DNA of 64,000 bases from Fimbriosthenelais zetlandica (taxonomy: Eukaryota): assembly GCA_977030845.1 (NCBI GenBank), contig OZ365116.1, forward strand, positions 18,042,001 through 18,106,000. Direction: 5' to 3'. A program made the position numbers and the translations under genes. The notes below the pieces were generated by a model. The model was not told where the DNA came from and made no database searches. It saw only the letters and a program-made list of their open reading frames with translations. Below, one piece after another: positions 14,401 to 26,900 of the stretch (position 1 is its first letter; each line of letters starts with the position of its first letter).

Positions 14401-15169
14401 TGGAGAGATGTCAGTAGTATATATAATTTATTGAGTCAGAGTTTTGGTTCAGGTACACCCTTGCCTATGCTGCGTTGGACTCCGTTTAACCTCCCCAAGA
14501 ATAGCCGTCATTTATTAATTTCCTCCAAGGCTTAGTGTACATAATGATGATCACGAGCTATATAAATGTTTTATGAGTATGATTGGCGTTGCTATTCACT
14601 AATACTAAAGCTATTCCTTCTGACGCCTCTCTGACTGGCTGACTCTATAACATACAGTCACCTTGACTTTTGGTCAGTGATGGATTAGCTTCCTCTTCTC
14701 CACTAACTGACCATATACACCAACCCTCAACAGCCCTGATAGGTTCATGTTGAACTGACCAGTACAAGACTGGGTGTCGCCTCTCTGTCTCGTCTATACA
14801 CATGCTGTCCGGTCAGTGGCTGGTGTAGTGAATGGAGCGACACTGTCCCACTGTCTTGTAAATGGTCGCCGTGTCAAGTCATGTCACTGGGTGGCTATAT
14901 AGGGCCAAGCTCAACTGCTAGGTTGCTGTGACCCTAAGCTTTAGGTCAAATTCTTGCTGGGGCCTTGTCATTGATATTTGACAGAATCTGCCATTGATAA
15001 CTGAGTGAATGCAAAGTGTGGATGTGTATTAAATTCTTGGATGGTGAATTCCATTGGCATCGTATACCATTAAGCCCCTTGTATGCCTTGTATATTTATT
15101 TTCTCTGAGTGTTAAATTTGGCAGTAAAAAAAGATAACCTGAAAGTCGCTGATATAGTTTTTGTACTAG

Positions 15170-16080
15170 CATCTGAGCAGATATGGGCAGGTCATAAAGG
15201 GAGTGAGGAAGGGAGGAGATAGGCAATGGGTAGAGGCTGGAATGGTCATGAGCAGTTCATAATGGATGTACTCACCTATGAGCAGATGTGAGCAGTTCGT
15301 GACCTAGTAGCCAGAATGCAGGGATCCGGGATGAAGAGGAACTAAAAGGCTTTAGAAATAATAGTGACAGGGGTCCCAGTTGTCATAAGTCATTCAAAAT
15401 ATATCTAATCACCTCTGAGCAGATATGAGCAGGTCATAAAGTTGAGGCTTGAAGGCATCATTGACTTTACATTGACTGTAAAAGCACAGTTTTCCTTAGG
15501 AAACTTGCCCTTATTATGGCAAATATTGTTGTCATATGAGATAATGGGAAAGGAGAAGGGAGGGCAATGGCAATGGGCAGAAGCTGGAATGGGTTTGAGC
15601 ACTTCATAACAGCTGTACTCACCTATGAGCAGATGTGAGCAGTTCGTGACCTAGTAGCAAGAATGCAAGAATGCGGGATGAAGAGGAACAAAAGGGCTTC
15701 AGAAATAGCAGTGGCAGGGGTCCCAGTTGTCATAAGCCAGTTAAAATATATCTAATCACTTCTGAGCAGATATGAGCAGGTCATGAAGTTGGGGCTTGAA
15801 GTCCGCATTGACTTTACATTGACTGAAAAAGCACAGTTTTGAAACATGACCCTCTTCCAGTATATAAAATTGCCAGATGGGATAGCGGGACTGAGGAAGG
15901 GAGGGGATAGGCAATGGGCAGAAACTTGAGTTGTTATGAGCAGTTCATAATATATATACTCACCTATGAGCAGATGTGAGCAGTTCGTGACCTAGTAGCC
16001 AGAAAGCACAGTTTTCCTTACGAAACATGCCCTATTATAGCAAATTCTGTTGTCCGATCGGATAATGGGAAAGATATAAT
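15170..16080. repeat. Tandem array, ~345-bp unit, ~2.6 copies
   Basis: CTCACCTATGAGCAGATGTGAGCAGTTCGTGACCTAGTAGC starts at 15271, 15618 and 15959 (periods 347 and 341); a second sub-motif CTGAGCAGATATG(A/G)GCAGGTCAT occurs near 15174, 15415 and 15762. Confidence 0.93.
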
Positions 16081-16961
16081 GGTAAACTAAACGTAATCAT
16101 CATTTAAACGACACTATATTCGACCAAATCGCTTGAGCTAATGTGCTCCCACTTGGGAAACGACATTTTTTCGTATTCTAGTTTCATGAGCTGTGTGCAA
16201 TGGAAAGGATTCAGTGTGATAGATATTAGAAATATTCATGACTGTGAGAGGTGAAGCCATTTGGAATGCAAACTGTGGGAGTTGAGATTTCCCTGGTGGC
16301 TATAATGTGTTAGTACAGAAAGTCATGTATATGTAAGATGATATGATTGGCTAGCGTGTGTTTAAAAACCTCCTTTTCTTTGTTTTCTGTATATCAATAC
16401 TAGGCCATGCTTTAAAAAGTAAAGGATGGGAAGTTATGAAAAGATTTCAGCTCAGGTGGTCGAGGAGATATTTGAAACCTTTGCAGTTCTTTTCAATTTG
16501 TGTGTAGCTAAATTATTATGCCAAGTTTGCTTTTGAAGTCGCCCACCTCATCTCAGAGATTTCATCTACTGGCTTAGACTCACAGACAGTGCCTAGTTTA
16601 TATGAGAGATCACCTCGTCAGACAGACCAGGACTCCTCATAAATTCTCTTCCCTTGGCTATAGGCCTCTGGAAGGTGGGTATCCTATTATAGATTTCCCT
16701 TCCATTCGGACTGTTTTCCTTTAGCCAAGCAATACCCAAGGCCGACGCAATCTTTGCTATGTCCCGACCTTCAGCGACATGATTGACGCCAAATGCTTTT
16801 GCTGCTATGGCAACCAGAGTTTTGCTGGCAAGCTGGCTTTACTGAGTGTTTCGTATTGGCAATCAAAAGGTCGATATCATTGCCAATGTGAATGAATCAA
16901 TGTAAGGAAGTGACATTCTCCTGACCATGAAAATGGCAGGCCGACTTCCAGGGGTGTTAAG

Positions 16962-17988
16962 ACACTAACCCGTATCCGACACTATCCCGTACCCGACACT
17001 ATCCCGTACCCAACACTATCCCGTACCCAATCGCCAATTACACTGCAGGACTGGTCATTTAGCACAAGATTACTTTAGATTATTTTATTTTACGAAAATT
17101 ATTAATTAAAGCTCTAATTTAAACGATAAAATTTAGGCTGCATTGCAGCTTTGTATTGACAATACCACAGATCTTGTAAAACCCTGTCAATGGAGTCTGG
17201 GGAGGTGGTCTGCCGATCCCCCTGACTTAGGCCTACAGTAACTGTCTTGTCTCTAGCCTAGGATAATGATGGTAATAACTAAAACAATTACATACCCTAA
17301 CCTAACCCTAAACCTAGCCCTAAATCTAAACATTTCAATACATTTTAGCTCAGCTCAGTCATTATAGCAAACGATTCGCTGACATTGTATGATGCCAATG
17401 TGGCAATGACATGACATGTGTCATGGCATTGCCGCGGGGCCTAGGCAAGCCCTAGGCCTACACTGTAGCCCACACTGGGCCCACAGGGCCCAGTAAACAA
17501 TGTTAAATCCTGTATTTCCTAATTTCCCGAGGGATTAATAATTATGTAATGCAAAATACCTTAAAATTGTTTAAAACAGCATCTTTGCATGATCGCATCC
17601 CCGCTGTAGTCCACCATTGCTACTATTGTTCTTGGTTACCCTGACGTCGCACTCTGCACCAAGCAACATTTTACTTAGCAACGTCACGTCGTTGACAGTG
17701 GTTCCTTTATTTACCAACAGAGGCAGACACTCGAGTACCCCTACTTATGACATGTTTCCCGCCCTTGGATGAAAGAGTCAAAACTAACAATTTCGAATTT
17801 GTTAGAGTGAATTAAATTGAATTCATGGAAAATATCATTGTATACTATATTCCTGACAAACACAGCTCCTTCAGTTTAATGGCCTGTCTACGGGATAGTG
17901 TCATTCCAGCTGATCTACTGACTCCCATTGACTTAACCGTGTACGGGATAGTGTCGGGTACGGGATAGTGTCGGATACGGGATAGTGT
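16962..17988. mobile_element. Fold-back / non-autonomous DNA element bounded by inverted repeats made of 17-bp tandem units
   Basis: 16962-17009 matches the reverse complement of 17941-17988 at 47/48 nt; unit ACACTATCCCGTACCCG. No target-site duplication is visible. Confidence 0.7.
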
Positions 17989-20900
17989 AGGGGTATATAT
18001 ATACCCTTCAACAAGCATGATAGATAACTTCATTTACTTTGATGTTTGATGACGTCATTTCATAAGCATATATATGACAAATGAAGCCCGCTATAGTTCA
18101 CTTATTGCCATGCAGACAGAAGTTTCTACAGGGGCAATTCCAGAACCGACTAAGTTCCATATGTAAATGCCAGCAGAATGAAAGATCCACAGATGAAAGT
18201 AGTGTCTTAGACATACCAAGATGGATTCTAAAGCAATGTCGCCTTATCAATCTAAAACAGACAGATCTGTCTGGAAGGAGTGGTGAAACATAGCATGCAC
18301 TCATGTCGTCGCCAATGACTCTCGTCTAAGTTTGTCCCATTATCGTCCTCTATATCATATCAACAGGCTTGCTCTCTAATTAAGAGAAATTGACTCTGAA
18401 AATGTTGTACGAAAGGAAAGAAGAGTAAAAGGCCCTTTGAGCTGGTAGTTGCTTGGCGCCTGTTCCCAGATCTGGCGCCATTTGTAGAACAAGAGTGTAT
18501 AAGCGGTAAAGGGTGGCATATTTGCGGATTAACCTATATTTACCTAGCAGTCTCACGTTGATGTAGGCAGCCACTAAAGGCGCCAACTGACCAAATAGTC
18601 AGCAGATATATCAAAGGAATATTGAATGGCACAAGATCAACAAGGCTCTCGGCTACAACGTCTGTACTAACAGAGGCTTGTGGCAATCATACAGATACTC
18701 CGAGAGGCGCTAATAATAAGAAGCCAAAGGCTCCCCGACATGGCTTTCTATCACGACTATAGTTGGGCTAGCTGATGGGACGATAGTGCCGATATACAAA
18801 GGACTATTTTACTCTTCTTAGGAAATAGTAACTCTCAATCTAATACATAGAGCCCAACTCCAAAATAAAGGCCTTATTTGAAACTCTGTGAGATGCCTCT
18901 GCCTCTGTAGCTCAGGTATAAGAGATCCTGGCAATGCAGACACTTATTTCTGCCCAAAATTTCAAGTGGGTCAGATTCAGTTGTGCTCACTAGCTGTGCT
19001 TTTGCAGGACTATCAATCTATTCTGAGATAAAGTTCCTTAATAATAGTTTATAGAAAGTTATAATTGAAGCTGTCTCTAAGCTGGGCTCACGCCTATTTA
19101 TTAACTAAGCAATTACTATTTCAGGGGATCTGGGGCGTCCTGTTAGTTTTGTCTTCATCAATACAGATAGTCCTGTCACTTGTAGATGGCAGCAGTATTT
19201 CACAACAGGCCTGTCCAATTTAAGGCTAGACTGGCTTAGATATTGCACTGGGAGGTACACCAAGTGAAGGAGGTAAATGGACAGATTCCAAGATGGCTAA
19301 TCCATCTCTTGACTTATATAAGCCTCCATCTTCCTCCTTGTATTGACCTGGAAACCAAAACAAGTAAAAACAGAACTTGTCTTTGGAAGCGACTATATTG
19401 TATAGGCTACAATAGAGATATGTAATAGGCAAGACGATCAAAGTTTATTGTTATCTAAAAACATATGAATTCATGTTGGCCAGATTTAAATTTGATGGCA
19501 CACTGGTGTTTTACTTGATATCAGTCGTTTCTCATTCATACTGAGGAACCAAGGTCAGTTAATAATTGATATACGGCACCTCTGACCATCTGACTTCCGG
19601 ATGTCTCCCGGATCTTAGAACTTGTCTCTGAAGGTTTGGAACCAAAACAACCTTCTCAACTCAATCAGCCTCTGACGCCATCTTTGGCCGATATAGTCAG
19701 ACTGATAAGCACGGTATAGGCCAAATATATTTGATTTAATGTCAGATAAGACATAAATAGAAGACCTAAGAATCTTGTTTATAACATGGTTCTTGGAATA
19801 TTGGAGCTGATTCATTTATTTAAATCCATCCTTTGGATCACTTGGTATGAACAAGATAGTGACGTATACTGACGTTCCTCACAATTCATAGCTTGGATAT
19901 TTTGATCAGTTCCTCACGCCTAAACGCCCAGTCCAGCCCCATGTGCACTGGTGTGTGAATGATCTCCTCCACGGTTCCTCCTGGGACAGAGGCCCAGTGA
20001 TCAGGATAATCTCAACCGATGGCCAGTCCAACACTCATTTATCCAAAGTATTTCTGACTGACTGCGCATGCGCATGACGCATCATCAGTATGGCAGCATT
20101 CAGGTCAAAGAGGCGAGGTCGAGATCAAATGGCCATCATATAGGCAAAGCGGGAAACAGATGTTTGTTCCTTGGTCATTGAATATAGGATTTTCAGTTCG
20201 AATGGTCAGCATATTTTCTGTACAAATGACCGTTTGTTTTCGTACAGACTTTTAAAAACTTGCGAGGACCATTGGTACATAATAGCTTTATGTCCTCCGT
20301 CTAAAAATAATCGGTCGAGTTTTTTTTAACTAATTCATCACTCCAGGCCTGAACATTTTCTGACGTATCATGAACAGAAGCTGTCTCATCAAATATTAAG
20401 CTGTTTCACTTTGCAATAGTGCGAGACGCTGAAGAATTCCATGCACGTTGAGCCGGGATCTCAAGAGCTTTGATTACCTTTGGATTTCAGCCTGCCTCTA
20501 AGCCCCACAATCAAAACATCTTTTCAGAAGATTGAGGCTTTGTTGAAGACTATAAGACGGCTGTCACAATGAATGTCGACCGCTGAGCAAACAAAGTCAC
20601 AGGCGCAAGTGGGGCGTTAACAGAATAGCGGGGTAGGGCAGGAAATAGGCAATCTATGACGGGAAGGAACCGTTCGAGGAAGGCGCGGAAGCGGGCCGTT
20701 TAAATACCATCACAGATTTAATCAATGCCAAATAAATATTAGGAATGGGGCGGTCAGGGGAATTAAAGCAGAAACCCTCATCTTTCAAAAGCGTGGCCTA
20801 TAACTCGCTGCTCATGCATCATGCTGCAGCACATGGAAGCGCTCTCAAAGATGGGGCATGATTGAGGTGGCGAGCTGATGGCTTTCTTAGCGAGCAATAC

Positions 20901-23900
20901 TAAAGGCAAAAGTACACTAAGCCAATTCTATCATCAATGACGCTTTAGCATTACATACTTGACTGCCTTACATTTCTTGAAAGCTTCGTTCACTGCTTAA
21001 TAGTGAGCTGAGCTTAAATGAGCACAATATTATTATGATACGCAATCGACAAGATTCACCATTAGGTCAATCATAATTGATTAAACCCATATATGGTCAC
21101 TTACAACATATTGACTGGATCATATTATAGTGTCATATATGTAATATTATAACATATCTGTTGTCAGTGGCATGGGATAGAGAAGGAAAGAATGAGGGAG
21201 TGAGTAGGTGTATGTGACAGGCTGAGCTTGGAGCAGCGCAGACTTATTACTAAAGGCAGTTGATGACATGTGGCTATGTCACCTGATAGGGCGAGTAGGC
21301 GAGCAGCTCTCCTCAACACCTCCACTCGTTATGAGTTTTGCAAAAACATCACCTTATTGCACACATTAGTTATTAATACATGTATACTTACAATTATGAT
21401 ACCAATAGATACATTTAGATTGGATTTATAGCATCAGGGGCCCTGTTATAAGAATGGTTTATATGTTTGAAGGTTTAGATTGAAAACATTATTTCAATAA
21501 CAGACGAGCTTTGGTCAGGACAGAGATTTCATACTGCATCTAAAAACGGGCCGTTAGATCTTCATCTTCCATTCAGAATGATGAAGCCATGTGGGAACTC
21601 ACTTATTTCCCCTGTCAATACCACATAACAATCGCTTCTGAAGCCAACCAGAGTCCGTGCATGCCTGTGGGGGCCTAGAGTGGAAGGGTGCAGGAGACAC
21701 CGTCCTCACTAGTTGTATGTGGCATTGTGACTATTCATAGAGCCGGGACGCAAGGCGAGATAAGCGGAGATAAAGCTCAGGCGAGGGCCCAGCAGGACCT
21801 TATCAGTGGACTCTCAGACAGTAGGGGTGATTGGGGTGTCCCCACAACGGCCCGCTGATAAGTCTGGGGTTATGATTGAAGAGACTCCCTTGTGCAAGTC
21901 TAGAGGGAGGCAGCTAGAGACTGGGTTAGTCTATTGTACCCTGCTCTCCCTCACTCATCCTAACTGAGGGCCAACATGTTGATCATAATAGAAATGTCAT
22001 CCACTACAGACTGACTCTGTTCCTGCCTGTTCCTCTGATAAAAGGAAGCTCCCAAAGGCCCCTCTTTATATGCCCAGTCCCTCTATATAGCGTGCCCTTA
22101 TCTTGCACTGGTTCCAAAAGTGCAATCAGAAAGTAAGGAACCATTTATTTCAGATCGGCAAATCAAAGTTGATCAGTCAGTCATTGGCATTGTTTAGTCT
22201 ACTTCAAACAATGCACATTTGCTTCCCAATTAGCATCTGAACTGTAGAATTTAATCGAATTTAGCACTTGAGGAGATTTGTCTGTGTCAGCTCTCGTGAC
22301 AAGGGCCTATTGTCTGGTGCCTGATCTTATCTAAACGTTCCTTCACATGCAAAGTGATTGGCTTTTTTTAAGTTAGTTGCTGAGTTACATCGGATCTTGG
22401 AATCCCCAAGGCTCTAGTTACTCCTAGCTTCACCCTCTGTAATGTAATGAGCACAAAGCCCAATGGGCCAGGGGAGACCGGGTGTTTGCCATCAAACCTT
22501 TCCTTAATTATGTTGTTCATTATATTGCTAACATTCTTTTTAGAACTACAAAGCTCTCCGTTTTTATGGCCTTTATGTCCGAGGCCATTCATGAGTTTAG
22601 ATAGAATCCTATGTATCAGGTGTTTATAAGGTGTTTTATCGATCCGGGTACTTTGGATATAGAATATTGACTGTCTCTTTCTCTTATCAAGCCCCCTCCC
22701 ACGTGAGGACACCCTCCTGACTCCACCACTAAGGGGACCTCTCATCGTTCTCCCCCTCTCCCACGTGACTAACGACCAGATCGCTCATTTTGATTGGCTG
22801 CCTGCTTGCTTTTCCGCCAGACTGCCTCGCACTGTGCTGGAATGTCGTGCCCACCGACCAATTTCGCCGGCGATTTCTCCAGGGACCCATCTCATGGAGG
22901 CCGTGTAATCATTTCAATTTTACCGACAACAATGGCGACCCAAACCCTCCCTTCGGGATGAGCTTTAGCCTCCTTCGGCCTCACTATGCCTTCTTTTCAT
23001 AGCCAAGTTATACAAATGAGAGAAATAGTGAAACATGAGCTTATAATGTCAGCTTCTTATCAGTTGTTCTTTTCTTTCATAATCTGTTGAGCTCTAAAAC
23101 AATGGAAAAAAGTGAGAGCGGTGTCCCAATGTACCCTATCCTTCAATTACATTTCTATTCCATTCACATATGGCATTCATCTACCAACAATCCCATTGGC
23201 CGCGACCCACCAATCTTGTCTGCCTTTTTCCTGTATCTATGGCCTTTAACGCTAATCTTTCAATTACAGACAGAAGGTCAGACCAAGATCAACAGGCTTT
23301 AGGAGAAGATTTCATTTTGTACGTCCCCATCATTGTGATACAATGGATCAATTTTCCTCCAGTTGTCGACATTGAATAGGGGAGAATTCATGCCAAGACT
23401 GCTTTTAGAATCAATATGTGACATATAGTACATAGACATGCATAATTGCATTGGCTTTTAAAAGCAACAGTTTTAGTCCTTTATTGGACCGGTCATGGTT
23501 TCCATGCCACTGCCATGGAAGAAGCATATATAATTGGGCATCTTCCCCAGGAAGGTTATTTGAATGATAAGTAGTATATGGAAATGGGAAATTGAGTCGG
23601 GACATGAGCTCATTCACCACTCAAGTGGAAAGGAGATAACATCGTTTGATTCCGGTTTATTTGCTTCGGGAGATTTCTTTGAGCATTTTCTTCCCACTTG
23701 AAATCCATCTTAAAACTTTCCCTGTCATGTAGATGCAGGACGTTCACTTAAGATCACATCCACTCCAGTCACTGGCTGATCCGACCAGAACAATGTTTGT
23801 CATTCATGTGTGAGATGTATATGGCATGACTCAGCATTTTTGCTCATGGCTGCCATTCCTTCACTGACGACCACCAGATGCGCATGCCCCAAGCCCACGG

Positions 23901-26900
23901 GTCCCCCTGGCTTCCCCCTCCCCGCCTCATCTGTCTGCTTCACTAAAGTGTGACAGTAATGTTCAACATGTGGTGCTATTATCTTTGTTTTAACTGACAT
24001 TATATATAGGCGGACTTTATAACAGGATGGTGTGTTTTTGACGGTCGATGGCTCATCAGTTGTCTTAGATTTGGTTTTAGTGTAGGCCTATAGGATTTAT
24101 ACTAGATATGGAAGATGACATATGGTGAAGTTGTATAGAAGTTGTGGTAGTAAAACGGACTGATATAAGCCTGAAGTTTATTACACGTCATGTTTGATAT
24201 GACACAGCCTGCCATCTAGTGGCACCAGTGTCAACCAGCCGCTAGCCTCCGCTTGACGCTGTCACAACGAGGCTCGCCCCACAAACTCGACTGGCATGTG
24301 TCACGTGGCTCTGACTCATCACGTGACAGGATGTCCTCGTTTCTGCGGGACTGCAAATTATAACCATGCCTCACTTCCACCGTGGGATGGGGGAAGAGCA
24401 CGCTTTAAACTGCGCGATATGGCTCATCTCCCGATCGTCCCATCTTGTAGATAAGCAAAGAACAGGCATGGGAAGGCTTTAGTCTGCCATGTTAGTCATG
24501 TAGCTATATCTATAGCCAGGAAGATTGATTACACATCCACTGTAGATTATTACTGCATCCATCAATGTTTACAGAGGAAGTTGAGGAAACTAATGCAGAC
24601 TCTCTCAACTCAGAATGTACCTAAGTGATGCCCACTGGAGGAAAACTTCCTCGCCAAATTTGGCGAAGAAGGGAGAACATGATGGATGTGTTTTATTCTG
24701 TAGGGTCGAGTTTGAAAATTGATGTGGAGTAAACAACTATTGATCTTTGTGGATATAGTAGGGGGACATGGTAAAGACACTCTTACCACTCAAGTCGTAA
24801 GCACTTTGGATCTTTAGATCAAATGGTGAACTGTTAGCCTGCCTGTCACCCTTAACATATCACATTTTTATACTCTTCCTCTTCTTGATGAATAATACAT
24901 GCCAGTTACCCCCATGAGATACAAACATTTCACATATTAGAGTATACCAGTGTTTACATCGAGCCCCAATCCATGAATGATTCAAAACTTAGTGAATGAT
25001 ACCAATAGACCAGCCTGTATGGACCCCGATAATCTTGGACAACCTTCCCCGATTTCTTGACCTTTGCCAGGGAGCAAGATACAAGAGGTCACTGGTCCCA
25101 TTGCCATGGAAACCAGCCTAAGCTGTAGACGTCTGGGGACGAAGCGGTCAATAGGTTCTGACCGATAAGAACCCTAGAACACGAGAAAGGAGGCTTCGAA
25201 GAAAGCCCAACAGGGAAGGCGTTATGTATTTATGTTCTTCTGGGAGAAGGAGCAGGGAATATCAATTGTCCACCGATTCCTTGCAAAATCTGTCTCTTAT
25301 ATTGTAGGATTCCTCCCCCATTGTTTGTTGATGCAGAAACTTCTTTTCCATTACCATAAATTCAAAGGAAATAGTTTGCCGTTGACTTAGCTATTTGGAG
25401 GTATTCTATGACCTATAGGTATGCTTAGAACATAATATATACATTATGCTTCTGTGGAATATGAAATTATATATTCAATAGAAGTCATTTTTCCTTCCCT
25501 AAAAGGCAATCACTGCTGACTTCGAAGCTTTAATTGTAATTCAATTTCTCTCAAATTTCTCCAGACACATGAATATCTGAGGTAAGTGTGGGCAGGATAA
25601 CGCCTCTAAGGGGATGCTTGGCTCTGCATCTTTTATTTAATTCCTCAGCGATTACCCTTCGATGACGATCATTACATTTGGCCCAATCAGCGCTTCCTTT
25701 ACCTCCCAATTGAGGCCTCGCTAAATGCTATAAAATAGGTTGTTGCTCGCCAAATCACACTCTGATCGCCCAAATCGGTAATGCCCCATTCTGCCACCAG
25801 ATGGTAGAAGAGGTACTCTTCCGGTGTAGTGAGGCCCTCCAGGTTTCCTCCAGGGACTGACAGCTATCAGTGATCACTACTCCAAGGGTGCTTAGAAAAG
25901 GCCAATCCCCACCAATAGCTCATTCACATCCAATCCAGCCCAGACGGGCTTGCCCATTGAACAGCCCCTGTGACTCTCCTCAAGACCCCTCTCCCATTCA
26001 CGGCAACACAAACGTCCTAACAGGCAGTGCAGTGTTTAGGGCATGTTGAGGGGCTGGGTGTGGAGCTGTGGTGGTCATCAACAGGGGGTGATTAGTGCTC
26101 GTTAAGGGGCTTACACTGCCTGCCTGCTGGCAAGGCGAGTGGGGGAATTTCCTGCCCTGTCACCAGCTTCCTATTGGTGCTAATACAGGAGGTGGGTGGA
26201 AGCAGTGATGGTTCCTGGCTGACCAAAGATGATCCTTTCTTCAGCCAAAGGTTCGAAGGAGGTCCTGTGTTCAATTCAGCTTTCATCTATGCTGAATATT
26301 GGACAGGGCCTTGTGAATGACAGCCAAATTGCTTCTGCTGTAATCCAGTTATGTAGAGGTTGTGTGTATTGATCTATAAAAGTTTTATAAAGGGTTTTAG
26401 TTGGAGTAAGATATGAAGACCATTTGCTGAACTCCTAAATTCCCTATATCACCACCTTTTGGTTTGCCTTGTGTAATGACCTGTTGTACACAAAGTCAGG
26501 ATGAAGGTCATCTTTGTTGGAGACAAGGGACATGACCTTTTACATCACAAATACAGGGGCCAAGCCCCAAGGTGCAGATAGCGTGAGATAGCCAGCAGAG
26601 ATAAGAGAAGTCTGGAGCACTCACGCACATCAGGCCCCATGTAAGCTGCACCTAATGACCTCTGTTTTCTCATTCATCTTATCTATGTTTAAAGATGAAC
26701 TATTGTTCCAAACCTGTATGGTGCCCTCATCTGGACTTTCTATATATATAGAAATCTTATTTATACACTAATGATCTGGGTAGGGATGTCAGGTTGTATC
26801 CGATTGTTAGTGTGACAGAATAGCTTTGTGTGGGTGGACCTTGCATGTTTCTCCCTGCTTCTCTAAGGTATTAATTGGAGGAGGCTTGTATATACAATTA

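Noticed and set aside
18600-20000. Possible LINE RT echoes (TIVPIYKG)
   Set aside because: One short motif only; downstream RT motifs not recoverable.
23150-23250. LLVDECH on the minus strand (DExH/RecQ-like motif II)
   Set aside because: No motif I or other helicase motifs at plausible spacing; surrounded by stops.
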